Shown here: piece by piece, positions 6,456-14,379 of the stretch | Layout of the letters: every line of letters starts with the position of its first letter | How positions within the stretch are numbered: position 1 is the stretch's first letter | From: Lachnospiraceae bacterium | GTDB lineage: Bacteria; Bacillota; Clostridia; Lachnospirales; Lachnospiraceae | Direction: 5' to 3' | Assembly: GCA_017408735.1 (NCBI GenBank) | Contig: JAFQUB010000041.1 | Location: 89,373-129,372, forward strand | DNA: 40,000 nt | Notes under the pieces: model-generated | Database searches by the model: none | What the model saw: the letters and a program-made list of their open reading frames with translations, nothing else | Told to the model about the DNA's origin: nothing | Translations under genes and position numbers: made by a program

Positions 6456-8054
6456 ATGGAACAAATAATAACAGCACAAACAGTAACCGAAGAAACGAGT
6501 GTACATGGGACTTATGAACATTTTAGAGAAACCCTGCAAACAGAGTTACGAAAGAACATGGAGGGATTTATAAAAATTGGTTATCTGCTAAAGGTAGCAA
6601 GAGATACAGATATTCTGCATAAATCCGGATATAAAAGCGTAACGGAGTTTGCGGCAGCGGAATACGGACTAACCAAAGACGTGGTAAGCCGATACATAGC
6701 CATAAACGACAGGTATTCCGAAAATGGCTATGGAGAGAGCTTGAAAGAAGAATACAGCCGGTTTGGAGTAGCAAAACTGGCAGAGATGCTGACGCTGTCG
6801 GACGAGGTAATAGAGAGCCTGAGCCCACAGCTCACGCGAACGGAAATACAGGAGATTAAGAAAGAAATTAAGCAAGAAGAGAAGATAACCGACCTCGAAG
6901 TGATGATGGAATCCCTGCAACCGACAGAACGACCGTTATTCGACACATTGGCAGAAGATGCCTTATACCAGTATCTAAAAGAAAATAAAGAGGAGTTCAA
7001 GAAAATTTTCGAGGTATTGGAGAAAGGCGGAAAGTATGAGGAAATAACAGAAAAGTTTCTGGATATTATCGCACCAAGCGGAGTTGCAGCCAAGACAACA
7101 AGAATACCGGGAAAAGGCAAGATAATGATATCCGTAAGAGGAATAGATGAAAATGTGGACTTCCTGAACGTGCGGAACAATGAAAAAGAGAGCCATGATT
7201 GGAAAATGATAGCCATATTTTTAGATGAAATGTTAAGTTTTACGGAACATAGTACAAATGCAGAAGAAACGTATAAGGAATTGTACGGAGAGTCATTTAA
7301 TATTCAGGAAGAAACCCCGGAACTTTTAGATGAAACAAAGGAAAAACCGGAAGTTGCACCGGTGCAACAGGCAGAAAACAAGAATATTGTTACAACCGAA
7401 ACGGAAAACAAAGATATTGCGACAAAAGCAGCGGAAGAAAGCAACGCAGAACCGGCAAAAGAATCTCGAGAACCGGAAGTGGAAAAAGTAACTGGAGAGG
7501 TAGTAGAAGAAACACGGAATTTAGAGGAAATAAGGGAAAAATTAGCACTTGCCTTTATAAAACGTTACGAAACAAGATTAGAGGATTCAGAGAATATGCG
7601 TGACGAAGTGCTTGCTATACTCGACAAAGTGCATAAGAGTGAATGGATTTTTGAACATAACGGGGAAGACATCTTCGTAATAGAGGTAGCGGGAGGACTA
7701 AAACTGCGACAGAAGGGAGAAGAAATAGCGGCGTTCGAATGGGGAGAATTCTATAAACTAATGCACAAGGTGTATTGGAGAAATGCGGAAAATTACATAG
7801 AACCGATTATGGAAGAAAATACTGAAAGTTGCACCGGCGCAACCGAAGAACAGGTGCAAGGTCAGACTGCTATAGAAAATTATCCGGAATACCTACCGGA
7901 AAATGCAAAAAGCAATATGGAAGTATGGCAGGAAATAAAAGCCCAGGTAAAAACAAGAATGGAATCAATAGCAAGAGCAATAGAAGAAGATAACTACACC
8001 CTAATAAAATGGGATGCCAAAAAACTCGCAGAACTAATGGAGGCAATCCGATGA
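6456..8054 (+). CDS. Acidic 532-aa protein with N-terminal ParB/KorB-type HTH-like region; carries palindromes P2 and P3
   Basis: KSVTEFAAAEYGLTKDVVSRYIAINDRY ... FGVAKLAEMLTLSDEVIESL resembles ParB-type HTH plus following helices. No GxxRxxA CTPase box was seen. It has a long Glu-rich linker. Confidence 0.4.
   Translation: MEQIITAQTVTEETSVHGTYEHFRETLQTELRKNMEGFIKIGYLLKVARDTDILHKSGYKSVTEFAAAEYGLTKDVVSRYIAINDRYSENGYGESLKEEYSRFGVAKLAEMLTLSDEVIESLSPQLTRTEIQEIKKEIKQEEKITDLEVMMESLQPTERPLFDTLAEDALYQYLKENKEEFKKIFEVLEKGGKYEEITEKFLDIIAPSGVAAKTTRIPGKGKIMISVRGIDENVDFLNVRNNEKESHDWKMIAIFLDEMLSFTEHSTNAEETYKELYGESFNIQEETPELLDETKEKPEVAPVQQAENKNIVTTETENKDIATKAAEESNAEPAKESREPEVEKVTGEVVEETRNLEEIREKLALAFIKRYETRLEDSENMRDEVLAILDKVHKSEWIFEHNGEDIFVIEVAGGLKLRQKGEEIAAFEWGEFYKLMHKVYWRNAENYIEPIMEENTESCTGATEEQVQGQTAIENYPEYLPENAKSNMEVWQEIKAQVKTRMESIARAIEEDNYTLIKWDAKKLAELMEAIR
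7353..7368. repeat. Palindrome copy P2, GTTGCACCGGTGCAAC (perfect)
   Basis: Exact copy inside the acidic linker of ORF 6456..8054, translated as VAPVQQ. Confidence 0.95.
7828..7843. repeat. Palindrome copy P3, GTTGCACCGGCGCAAC (one mismatch)
   Basis: 15/16 match, in the same ORF but a different codon phase (ESCTGAT). A GGTGCAAG half-site follows at 7852. Confidence 0.85.
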
Positions 8055-8386
8055 AGAAAAGCACAAGAGCAAGAGAATTCTCCGCAAAAACAAGAGAAGC
8101 AATCAAAGAACGCGACAAAATGAGCTGCATATTCTGTAAAATGGGCTACCATATGGAAAGCACCACACAAGCCGGCTATATAATAAAATCTATAATGCAT
8201 TACATACCAAGGTCAAAAGGTGGCCTTGGTATCGAGCAGAATGGAGCCATCGGTTGCCAATACCATCATGAACTCTTAGATAATGGCAATAAAGGGCTAA
8301 GAGGAGAAATGCTAGAACTGTTTAAAGGGTACTTAAAGGAGCATTACCAAAACTGGAATGAAGAAGAATTAATTTATAAAAAATAA
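8051..8386 (+). CDS. HNH endonuclease
   Basis: ATGA overlap with the previous gene. HNH pattern: CIFC...HYIPRSKGGLGIEQNGAIGCQYHHELLDNG. Confidence 0.7.
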   Translation: MKKSTRAREFSAKTREAIKERDKMSCIFCKMGYHMESTTQAGYIIKSIMHYIPRSKGGLGIEQNGAIGCQYHHELLDNGNKGLRGEMLELFKGYLKEHYQNWNEEELIYKK

Positions 8387-8406
8387 AATTTTTAGGAGGA
8401 AGAACG

Positions 8407-8850
8407 ATGAACAAAACAATTTTAATGGGACGATTAACACGCGATCCGGAAGTGAGATATAGTCAGACGGCGGAGCCGGTAGCAATTTCGCGATACACAC
8501 TTGCGGTAGACAGAAAAATTAAGAGAGAAGGAGAACAGACCGCAGACTTTATAAGTTGTATAGCCTTTGGCCGTAATGCAGAATTTGCAGAAAAGTACTT
8601 CCGGAAGGGAATGAAAGTGCTAATTACAGGAAGGATTCAGACTGGAAGCTATACAAACAAGGATGGGCAGAAAGTTTACACAACAGATGTGGTAATTGAA
8701 GAGCAGGAATTTGCAGAAAGCAAAGGAAGTGGCGAAAGCAACCGGGAAGAAAGAGATAGAGCAGCGATGCAGGCAGCGGGATATGGCGATGCCGGAGACG
8801 GGTTTATGAATATACCAGAAGGCATAGACGAAGAGTTACCGTTCAACTAA
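8407..8850 (+). CDS. ssb: Single-stranded DNA-binding protein
   Basis: Canonical OB-fold N-terminus MNKTILMGRLTRDPEVRY...ADFISCIAFGRNAEFAEKYFRKG..V.ITGRIQTGSY, and an acidic C-terminal tip DEELPF. Confidence 0.95.
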   Translation: MNKTILMGRLTRDPEVRYSQTAEPVAISRYTLAVDRKIKREGEQTADFISCIAFGRNAEFAEKYFRKGMKVLITGRIQTGSYTNKDGQKVYTTDVVIEEQEFAESKGSGESNREERDRAAMQAAGYGDAGDGFMNIPEGIDEELPFN

Positions 8851-8869
8851 GAATTTGGAGGAAAAAGTA

Positions 8870-9271
8870 ATGAATTTTAATACAGAAAGAGAAGCAGAAA
8901 GCTTAATTAAAAGATTAGAAAAGAGCAATAAGATATTTGCTGCAAGTGCGGCAACAGAAGGGTGGAAACTAAATAGGATTTTCAAAACTATAAAAGAGAA
9001 GTTTCCACAGGCGCAGAAAATTGAATGCGCAGGAATAATATATTTGACAGCACGAAAAGAACAAGAAGAACAACTCATAGAACGCTTACAGAAAAAAAGA
9101 GCAAAATATGAAGAAATGCGAAAAAACGGCAAATATGACTTTGGAACAGATAAAGAACTAACAGAAACTTATCTGAAAGAAATAGAAGAAGTGCTAAGAA
9201 AACTAGAGGAAAGTGAGAAAGAAAATGGGAGAAATGAGAAAAACAACAAGAACCCTTTGCCAACAGTGTAA
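8870..9271 (+). CDS. Hypothetical coiled-coil protein
   Basis: GGAGG RBS at 8857-8861 favours ATG 8870 over the TTG at 8855 in the track. Confidence 0.55.
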   Translation: MNFNTEREAESLIKRLEKSNKIFAASAATEGWKLNRIFKTIKEKFPQAQKIECAGIIYLTARKEQEEQLIERLQKKRAKYEEMRKNGKYDFGTDKELTETYLKEIEEVLRKLEESEKENGRNEKNNKNPLPTV

Positions 9272-9440
9272 ATACAGCCTTAGCAATGGCAATGGTTCTG
9301 GCAGTAAGTACGCTGTAACTTGCGCATACTTAGAAATTACAAAGAAGCGGAGAAATCGCGAAGTAGGGTTGTGCGATAAGTTTGAAGCTAAGAAAAAGAA
9401 AGCAGAGCAGGCACTGGTGAAGATGAAAAAGGGGGTATAG
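9213..9440 (+). CDS. Hypothetical small Cys-containing basic protein (start uncertain: 9213/9225/9234)
   Basis: ORF track. It overlaps the end of the previous gene. Confidence 0.4.
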   Translation: MRKKMGEMRKTTRTLCQQCKYSLSNGNGSGSKYAVTCAYLEITKKRRNREVGLCDKFEAKKKKAEQALVKMKKGV

Positions 9441-9444
9441 AGTT

Positions 9445-9846
9445 ATGGACTGGGAAATAATACAAAGATTGATGAATTGTTTTCCGAACAGCTTTGTCAA
9501 TCAGTACGGAGAGTTTGTTGCACATTCGAAAGCAAACGAATATTTCATTTTGAAGAATTGCGAGAGTGAATTAGATGTCAAGTGCAAGGTGCTTGAATGG
9601 TTTTCGAGAGGTGCTTACAAAACAGAGCCTTATAGCACAAGGCAACGAAATGCTGAGTTTCACAAGTTTATGCGTGACGGAATAAATCAATTTTTGGGTA
9701 CAAAGTTCACAAAAAAGGATATAGAACAGATTTATATATATCTGGGGAACTGCTGTAATCATGAAAAGACTATTGGATTTATCGAAAGTGGATATGATTT
9801 GTCGGTACTGGATGAACAGGCATTAAAGGAGATGGAGAAGAAATGA
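9445..9846 (+). CDS. Hypothetical protein
   Basis: ORF track entry, tightly packed in the operon. No motif recognised. Confidence 0.5.
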   Translation: MDWEIIQRLMNCFPNSFVNQYGEFVAHSKANEYFILKNCESELDVKCKVLEWFSRGAYKTEPYSTRQRNAEFHKFMRDGINQFLGTKFTKKDIEQIYIYLGNCCNHEKTIGFIESGYDLSVLDEQALKEMEKK

Positions 9847-10052
9847 AAGAATTATGTAAATACAAGTGTGAGCATTGCAACACGGAATATGCTGAAAAGA
9901 ACAGAGCTATAGAATGCGAGGAAAACCACAAGATAAAATTAAAATGCAAAGAAAAGGGGTATTTACCGTACCACCAAGACCATAGCGGATATCCATTGTA
10001 CGTCAACATCGGATTTGAGGATGGTAAAACAATTAGATATAAACGTACATAA
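9843..10052 (+). CDS. Hypothetical zinc-ribbon protein (CEHC...CEENH)
   Basis: ATGA overlap with the previous gene. Cys pairs near the N-terminus. Confidence 0.5.
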   Translation: MKELCKYKCEHCNTEYAEKNRAIECEENHKIKLKCKEKGYLPYHQDHSGYPLYVNIGFEDGKTIRYKRT

Positions 10053-10070
10053 AGACTGTGAGGTGCAAGA

Positions 10071-10487
10071 ATGAACAATATGGAATTTATAGATGGAATG
10101 AACAAAGCATGGGATTTGGCTTTTAGGCTTATTGGAGAAGACGAAGATATTTTACTCAAAATATTTGGTACTGCTGAAATAGATGAAATCATATCAAACA
10201 ATGAGCCACAATATGCGTTGAAAAAGCTTGAAGAATATGATAATGAGAATAGAAAGGAATATCTTCCCGACACAAATGACGGGAACAAAGATGGATGGAT
10301 ACCGGTAGATGAACGGTTGCCGGAAGATAAGCAACAAGTATTAGTAACAAATTGGGACTATTGTGTGTTTTTAGCAAGATATGACGAGAATGAGAAAAGA
10401 TTTATTGATATAAGAAATGGTCTTGTGTTGCCGCTCATTCTTGCATGGATGCCATTACCAAAGCCATATAGGGAGAAAGGAGAATGA
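10071..10487 (+). CDS. DUF551-like phage protein
   Basis: C-terminal GWIPVDERLPEDKQQVLV....AWMPLPKPY pattern is typical of DUF551. Confidence 0.55.
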   Translation: MNNMEFIDGMNKAWDLAFRLIGEDEDILLKIFGTAEIDEIISNNEPQYALKKLEEYDNENRKEYLPDTNDGNKDGWIPVDERLPEDKQQVLVTNWDYCVFLARYDENEKRFIDIRNGLVLPLILAWMPLPKPYREKGE

Positions 10488-10491
10488 TAAC

Positions 10492-10674
10492 ATGAGTAAA
10501 TGCATACACAAATTTTTGGGAAATACAGGTTTTAGAAAAACATCCTGTGGTATGACGCAATATTCTGTTATAAAGTCAGCAGATTATCTGGAAGGAAGAC
10601 TTTGTCCAAATTGCAAAAACACAATAACATTTTATGGGATATTAACAGAAAGGGCTGGAAAGTATGAGCAATAG
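10492..10674 (+). CDS. Hypothetical small Cys protein (60 aa)
   Basis: Internal ATG 10492 follows the GGAGAA of track ORF 10417..10674. Contains a CPNC motif. Confidence 0.45.
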   Translation: MSKCIHKFLGNTGFRKTSCGMTQYSVIKSADYLEGRLCPNCKNTITFYGILTERAGKYEQ

Positions 10675-10781
10675 ATATTTATGCAAAGCAAAGGATAAAG
10701 ATGATGGTAAATGGTATGAGGGTTATAGAGGTTGTCGGCAATATTTTTGACAATCCGGAAATGTTGGAGGTGGAAGAATGA
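10664..10781 (+). pseudogene. Remnant of a YopX-like gene (N- and C-terminal ends fused out of frame)
   Basis: One frame reads MSNRYLCKAKDKDDGKWYEGY.., stopping at 10748-10750. Another frame reads ..VIEVVGNIFDNPEMLEVEE*, stopping at 10779-10781. GKWxxGY and (V/I)IGNIxDNPELLE are the typical YopX termini. The core is missing. Confidence 0.4.
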
Positions 10782-10957
10782 AGTGGAAGCATAAGACAGT
10801 AACAGAACTTACAGGTGGTTCATTAAGTGGGAATTTGGTTGTTGTGGCACGGGCAGTAAATAATAATGCGTATACTTTGAAAGAAGCAGTTCAAAAGATA
10901 GAAGAATTAAGCAAGGAAATTGAACAGTTAAAGAAAGGTGAAGCAGATGAGCGATAA
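10778..10957 (+). CDS. Hypothetical small protein (59 aa, MKWKHKTVTELTGGSLSGNLVVVARAV...)
   Basis: GGAGGTGGAAGA precedes ATG 10778. Just under the ORF-track cutoff. Confidence 0.4.
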   Translation: MKWKHKTVTELTGGSLSGNLVVVARAVNNNAYTLKEAVQKIEELSKEIEQLKKGEADER

Positions 10958-11117
10958 CAAGAAATACGAACGCAGATGTATGTATTGCGGCAAGAAACTA
11001 CCAAGCTACATAAATACGAATACGAATTTCTGCTCTTACGGATGTGACAGCAGGGATTTACAGAAAGTTTTAGATGTATGCTCTCCGAAAGGTAGGCGGA
11101 AAGAAAAAACAAAATAG
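10947..11117 (+). CDS. Hypothetical zinc-ribbon protein (56 aa, CMYCGKKL...CSYGC)
   Basis: ATG overlaps the end of the previous ORF. Has a CxxC...CxxxC arrangement. Confidence 0.4.
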   Translation: MSDNKKYERRCMYCGKKLPSYINTNTNFCSYGCDSRDLQKVLDVCSPKGRRKEKTK

Positions 11118-11157
11118 AAAATGAAAAGTGCTTTTACATACTATCGAACATTGAAAA

Positions 11158-11186
11158 TTGAATATTGGTGGTTGGAGTGGTATAAT
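11158..11186 (+). promoter_or_regulatory. Sigma-A type promoter with extended -10 for the moron gene
   Basis: TTGAAT (11158-11163), a 17-nt spacer ending in TGG, then TATAAT (11181-11186). It lies 35 nt upstream of ATG 11221. Confidence 0.5.
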
Positions 11187-11220
11187 TTGGTATTATAGTG
11201 AAAGGAGAGATAAATAATAT

Positions 11221-11598
11221 ATGATAAACAAAGAAGTTCTTGTAAAACTTAAATGCATAGAATCTGATTGGACACATGACATTTATTTGTATTTTGAAAA
11301 TGAAGAAAGCTATAGTGATTTTACTGAAACAATCAAGACAGCAAAAAAGTCAGAAAATTACACTAAAGTTGAAGTAAAAGCACAATATGGTCTTATTGAG
11401 AATTCAAGACATTTTTTAACAGACATAAAAAAATACAGCAACTTTGAAGCGATAATTGGAAGAGATACAATAATAAAAAATGTATCTATGGAATATGAAG
11501 AAGATGGCAGTAAAAAAGCTGAATATGGCAAAATGCTTATAAAAGATATTGCGATTAACTTTAAAAATAATAATTGTAATGAATTGAGTGAAATATAG
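11221..11598 (+). CDS. Moron-encoded hypothetical protein (125 aa, AT-rich)
   Basis: It has its own promoter, an AAAGGAGAG RBS and its own strong terminator. It is visibly more AT-rich than the flanking genes. No motif recognised. Confidence 0.6.
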   Translation: MINKEVLVKLKCIESDWTHDIYLYFENEESYSDFTETIKTAKKSENYTKVEVKAQYGLIENSRHFLTDIKKYSNFEAIIGRDTIIKNVSMEYEEDGSKKAEYGKMLIKDIAINFKNNNCNELSEI

Positions 11599-11605
11599 TG
11601 CATAC

Positions 11606-11639
11606 ACCAACCGTCAATATTCGATGGTTGGTATTTTTA
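11606..11639 (+). terminator. Intrinsic terminator
   Basis: ACCAACCGTC / GATGGTTGGT 10-bp stem (one G-U), 7-nt loop, then ATTTTTAT. Confidence 0.75.
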
Positions 11640-11760
11640 TACCATTTTTTTAAAGAAAGAGAGAAATGTAAAGAAAATCCCACTGCCAAAGATTACCAGT
11701 CCAGCGGCAGCGGGATAAACACCTGTTCGTATTATATCATAAGAGCAGGAGGAAAACAAG

Positions 11761-12177
11761 GTGACATTTGAAGAAGCAAGTCAAATCTATTACATAAACT
11801 TAGAAATAAAAGCATTAAGATTAGAATTAGCAAAATTAAAAGAAGAACGAAGATACTACAAACCAAACGTAATAACAGACATGCCAAGAGGCGGCAGTGG
11901 ATATGTAAACCCACAGGACGAATACCTTGTAAAAGAACAGGAACTGGAAGATATGCTAAGCTACTCTTTAAGAAAATTACAGTATGAAAGAAGGAAGATA
12001 GAGGACTTCTTAAATACTGTAGATGAAGCAGAAACGAGACTTATTATTCGGCTCAGATGCGTAAACAACATGAAATGGGAAGATATTGGAGCCGAGATTG
12101 GAGCAGACAGAAGAACAGTAAGCAGAAAATTCTATAAATTTTTTGAGAAAAGCAAAAGTTGCCCACAATGCCCATGA
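11761..12177 (+). CDS. Putative late-gene transcription regulator (sigma-70 region-4-like; DUF1492/ArpU/RinA-type position)
   Basis: GTG start follows AGGAGGAAAACAAG. The C-terminal LIIRLRCVNNMKWEDIGAEIGADRRTVSRKFYKFF resembles a region-4 HTH. The gene sits immediately upstream of terS. Confidence 0.55.
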   Translation: MTFEEASQIYYINLEIKALRLELAKLKEERRYYKPNVITDMPRGGSGYVNPQDEYLVKEQELEDMLSYSLRKLQYERRKIEDFLNTVDEAETRLIIRLRCVNNMKWEDIGAEIGADRRTVSRKFYKFFEKSKSCPQCP

Positions 12178-12210
12178 TATTTATGTTAAAGTAGTAGCAT
12201 GAAGAAAGAG

Positions 12211-12245
12211 AGAAGCAGTAAATGAGCTGCTTCTTTTTATTTTGT
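12211..12245 (+). terminator. Strong intrinsic terminator immediately upstream of terS
   Basis: AGAAGCAG / CTGCTTCT 8-bp stem, 8-nt loop, then TTTTTATTTTGTTT. About 10-20 nt before the terS start. Confidence 0.7.
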
Positions 12246-12255
12246 TTAAAGAGAG

Positions 12256-13107
12256 GTGGTGACAGTGGCAAGAGGACCAAACAAAAAAACTGAAGAAGCT
12301 CATGAATTATATAAAGCAGGAATGAAATTAATAGATATCGCCAATAAACTGGATATTCCAGCGGGAACAGTTCGCAGATGGAAATCAACATATAAATGGG
12401 ATGAAGAAGATAAAAGCGAACGTTCGGATAAACGAAGTGAACGTTCGGAAAAGAAAAAGCAAAGTAAAAAAAGAACTATTGCAGTTGAAGTTAATGAAGT
12501 AATAGAAAATACGGATTTAACAGATAAGCAAAGGCTTTTTTGTATTTATTACGTTCGTTGCTTTAATGCAACAAAGGCATATCAGAAAGTGTATGAATGC
12601 AGTTACGCAACCGCAGCCACAAATGGTCCTGCATTACTCAGAAATGCTCGGATAAAAGAAATGATACTACAATTAAAACAGGAACGTCTTAATCGAGAGC
12701 TATTGAGTGAGGAGGATATATTTCAAAAATACATGGATATTGCCTTTGCAGATATCACCGACTTCACAGAGTTTGGAAGTGAAGAAATAGAAGTGATGTT
12801 GGATAACGGAGAACGAAAAACTATTACAGTAAGTTACGTAAACATTAAGGGGAGTAATGAGGTAGATGGAACAATAATTTCAGAAATCTCAAAAGGTAAG
12901 GATGGTGTAAAAGTAAAGCTTGCCGACCGTCTGAAAGCCCTACAATGGCTTACTGACCATATGGACCTTGCTACAGAAAAACAAAAAGCAGAAATCGCAA
13001 TCTTGAAAGCAAAAGTACAGGCACCAGAAGAAGAGATGGAAGACGATGGCTTTCTGGAAGCACTGAACGGTTCTGCAAGAGAGGACTGGTCGGATGAAGA
13101 AGATTAA
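12256..13107 (+). CDS. terS: Terminase small subunit (N-terminal HTH plus Terminase_2/P27-like domain); alternative GTG start at 12265
   Basis: ARGPNKKTEEAHELYKAGMKLIDIANKLDIPAGTVRRWKSTYKW is a YjcR-type HTH. LTDKQRLFCIYYVRCFNATKAYQKVY....AATNGPALLRNARIKE is the small-terminase core. Confidence 0.85.
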   Translation: MVTVARGPNKKTEEAHELYKAGMKLIDIANKLDIPAGTVRRWKSTYKWDEEDKSERSDKRSERSEKKKQSKKRTIAVEVNEVIENTDLTDKQRLFCIYYVRCFNATKAYQKVYECSYATAATNGPALLRNARIKEMILQLKQERLNRELLSEEDIFQKYMDIAFADITDFTEFGSEEIEVMLDNGERKTITVSYVNIKGSNEVDGTIISEISKGKDGVKVKLADRLKALQWLTDHMDLATEKQKAEIAILKAKVQAPEEEMEDDGFLEALNGSAREDWSDEED

Positions 13108-14365
13108 ACAATTTTTCCGATTCCAGCCATTTTCCAAAAAGCAAAGGAAAGTACTTAACTGGTGGTGTAAGGATTCGCCGGTTAAGGATAAAGATGGAAT
13201 CATAGCAGACGGAGCAATCCGTTCCGGAAAAACGGTATCCATGTCATTATCATACGTGCTGTGGGCAATGTCTGTGTTTAATGGTCAGAATTTTGGTATG
13301 TGCGGGAAGACTATAGGTTCCTTTCGGCGAAACGTACTGTTCTGGCTTAAGCTTATGCTGAAAAGTAGAGGTTATACGGTTGCGGACCACAGGGCGGATA
13401 ATCTTGTCATTGTCACCAAGGGTATAGTAACCAATTATTTCTACATTTTTGGTGGCAAGGATGAACGTTCTCAGGATTTAATACAGGGCATTACATTGGC
13501 AGGAGTGTTTTTTGATGAAGTTGCACTTATGCCGGAAAGTTTTGTTAATCAGGCAACAGGACGATGTTCTGTAGATGGTTCGAAATACTGGTTTAACTGC
13601 AATCCGGATGGGCCATATCATTGGTTTAAAAGGAACTGGATAGATAAAAGAAAAGAGAAAAATCTTATCTACCTCCACTTCACCATGGATGATAATTTGA
13701 GTTTATCTGAAAAAATAAAAAAACGATATCGCAATATGTATAGTGGTGTATTTTTTAAGAGATACATATTAGGACTTTGGGCGATGGCAGAAGGTATTAT
13801 CTATGATATGTTTGACGAAAGCAGACATGTGATTAGAAAATTAGATAATATCGAAAAAGGTAATTATTTTGTTTCTTGCGATTATGGTACTCAAAATGCA
13901 ACAGTATTTTTGCTTTGGTGCAAAGATACTGCAGGAAGATGGATATGTATTAGGGAATATTACTATAGCGGAAGAGACGTAGGAAAGCAAAAGACGGATA
14001 CGGAGTATGCGGATGACTTGGAGAAATGGCTTGATGGATTAGAACCTGAGAAAATTATAATCGATCCATCTGCAGCTTCTTTCATAGCCGAATTGAAAAA
14101 GAGAGGCTATAGAATAAAAAAAGCCAAGAATGATGTTCTGGACGGGATAAGATATGTGTCTTCATTGCTGAATGAGGATAAAATAGCGATACATGAAATA
14201 TGCAAAAATACAATGATAGAATTTTCTTCATACATTTGGGATGAAAAAGCGGCAGAACGCGGTGAGGACAAGCCGGTAAAACAGTTCGACCATTGTTTGG
14301 ATGCTTTGAGATATTTTTGTTATACGATTATTAGGAAACCAAGCGGAATTAACATACTAAAATAG
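13094..14365 (+). CDS. terL: Terminase large subunit (PBSX-type)
   Basis: Walker A GAIRSGKT and Walker B-like VFFDEV. The C-terminal nuclease region has a DxxDALRY motif. It overlaps terS. Confidence 0.93.
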   Translation: MKKIKQFFRFQPFSKKQRKVLNWWCKDSPVKDKDGIIADGAIRSGKTVSMSLSYVLWAMSVFNGQNFGMCGKTIGSFRRNVLFWLKLMLKSRGYTVADHRADNLVIVTKGIVTNYFYIFGGKDERSQDLIQGITLAGVFFDEVALMPESFVNQATGRCSVDGSKYWFNCNPDGPYHWFKRNWIDKRKEKNLIYLHFTMDDNLSLSEKIKKRYRNMYSGVFFKRYILGLWAMAEGIIYDMFDESRHVIRKLDNIEKGNYFVSCDYGTQNATVFLLWCKDTAGRWICIREYYYSGRDVGKQKTDTEYADDLEKWLDGLEPEKIIIDPSAASFIAELKKRGYRIKKAKNDVLDGIRYVSSLLNEDKIAIHEICKNTMIEFSSYIWDEKAAERGEDKPVKQFDHCLDALRYFCYTIIRKPSGINILK

Positions 14366-14379
14366 AGGCGGTGAAATAA

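Noticed and set aside
11679-11714. CCCACTGCC...GGCAGCGGG hairpin upstream of the late regulator as a terminator or pac site
   Set aside because: The stem is mismatched, the loop is 18 nt and there is no T-run. No repeated packaging motifs are visible nearby.
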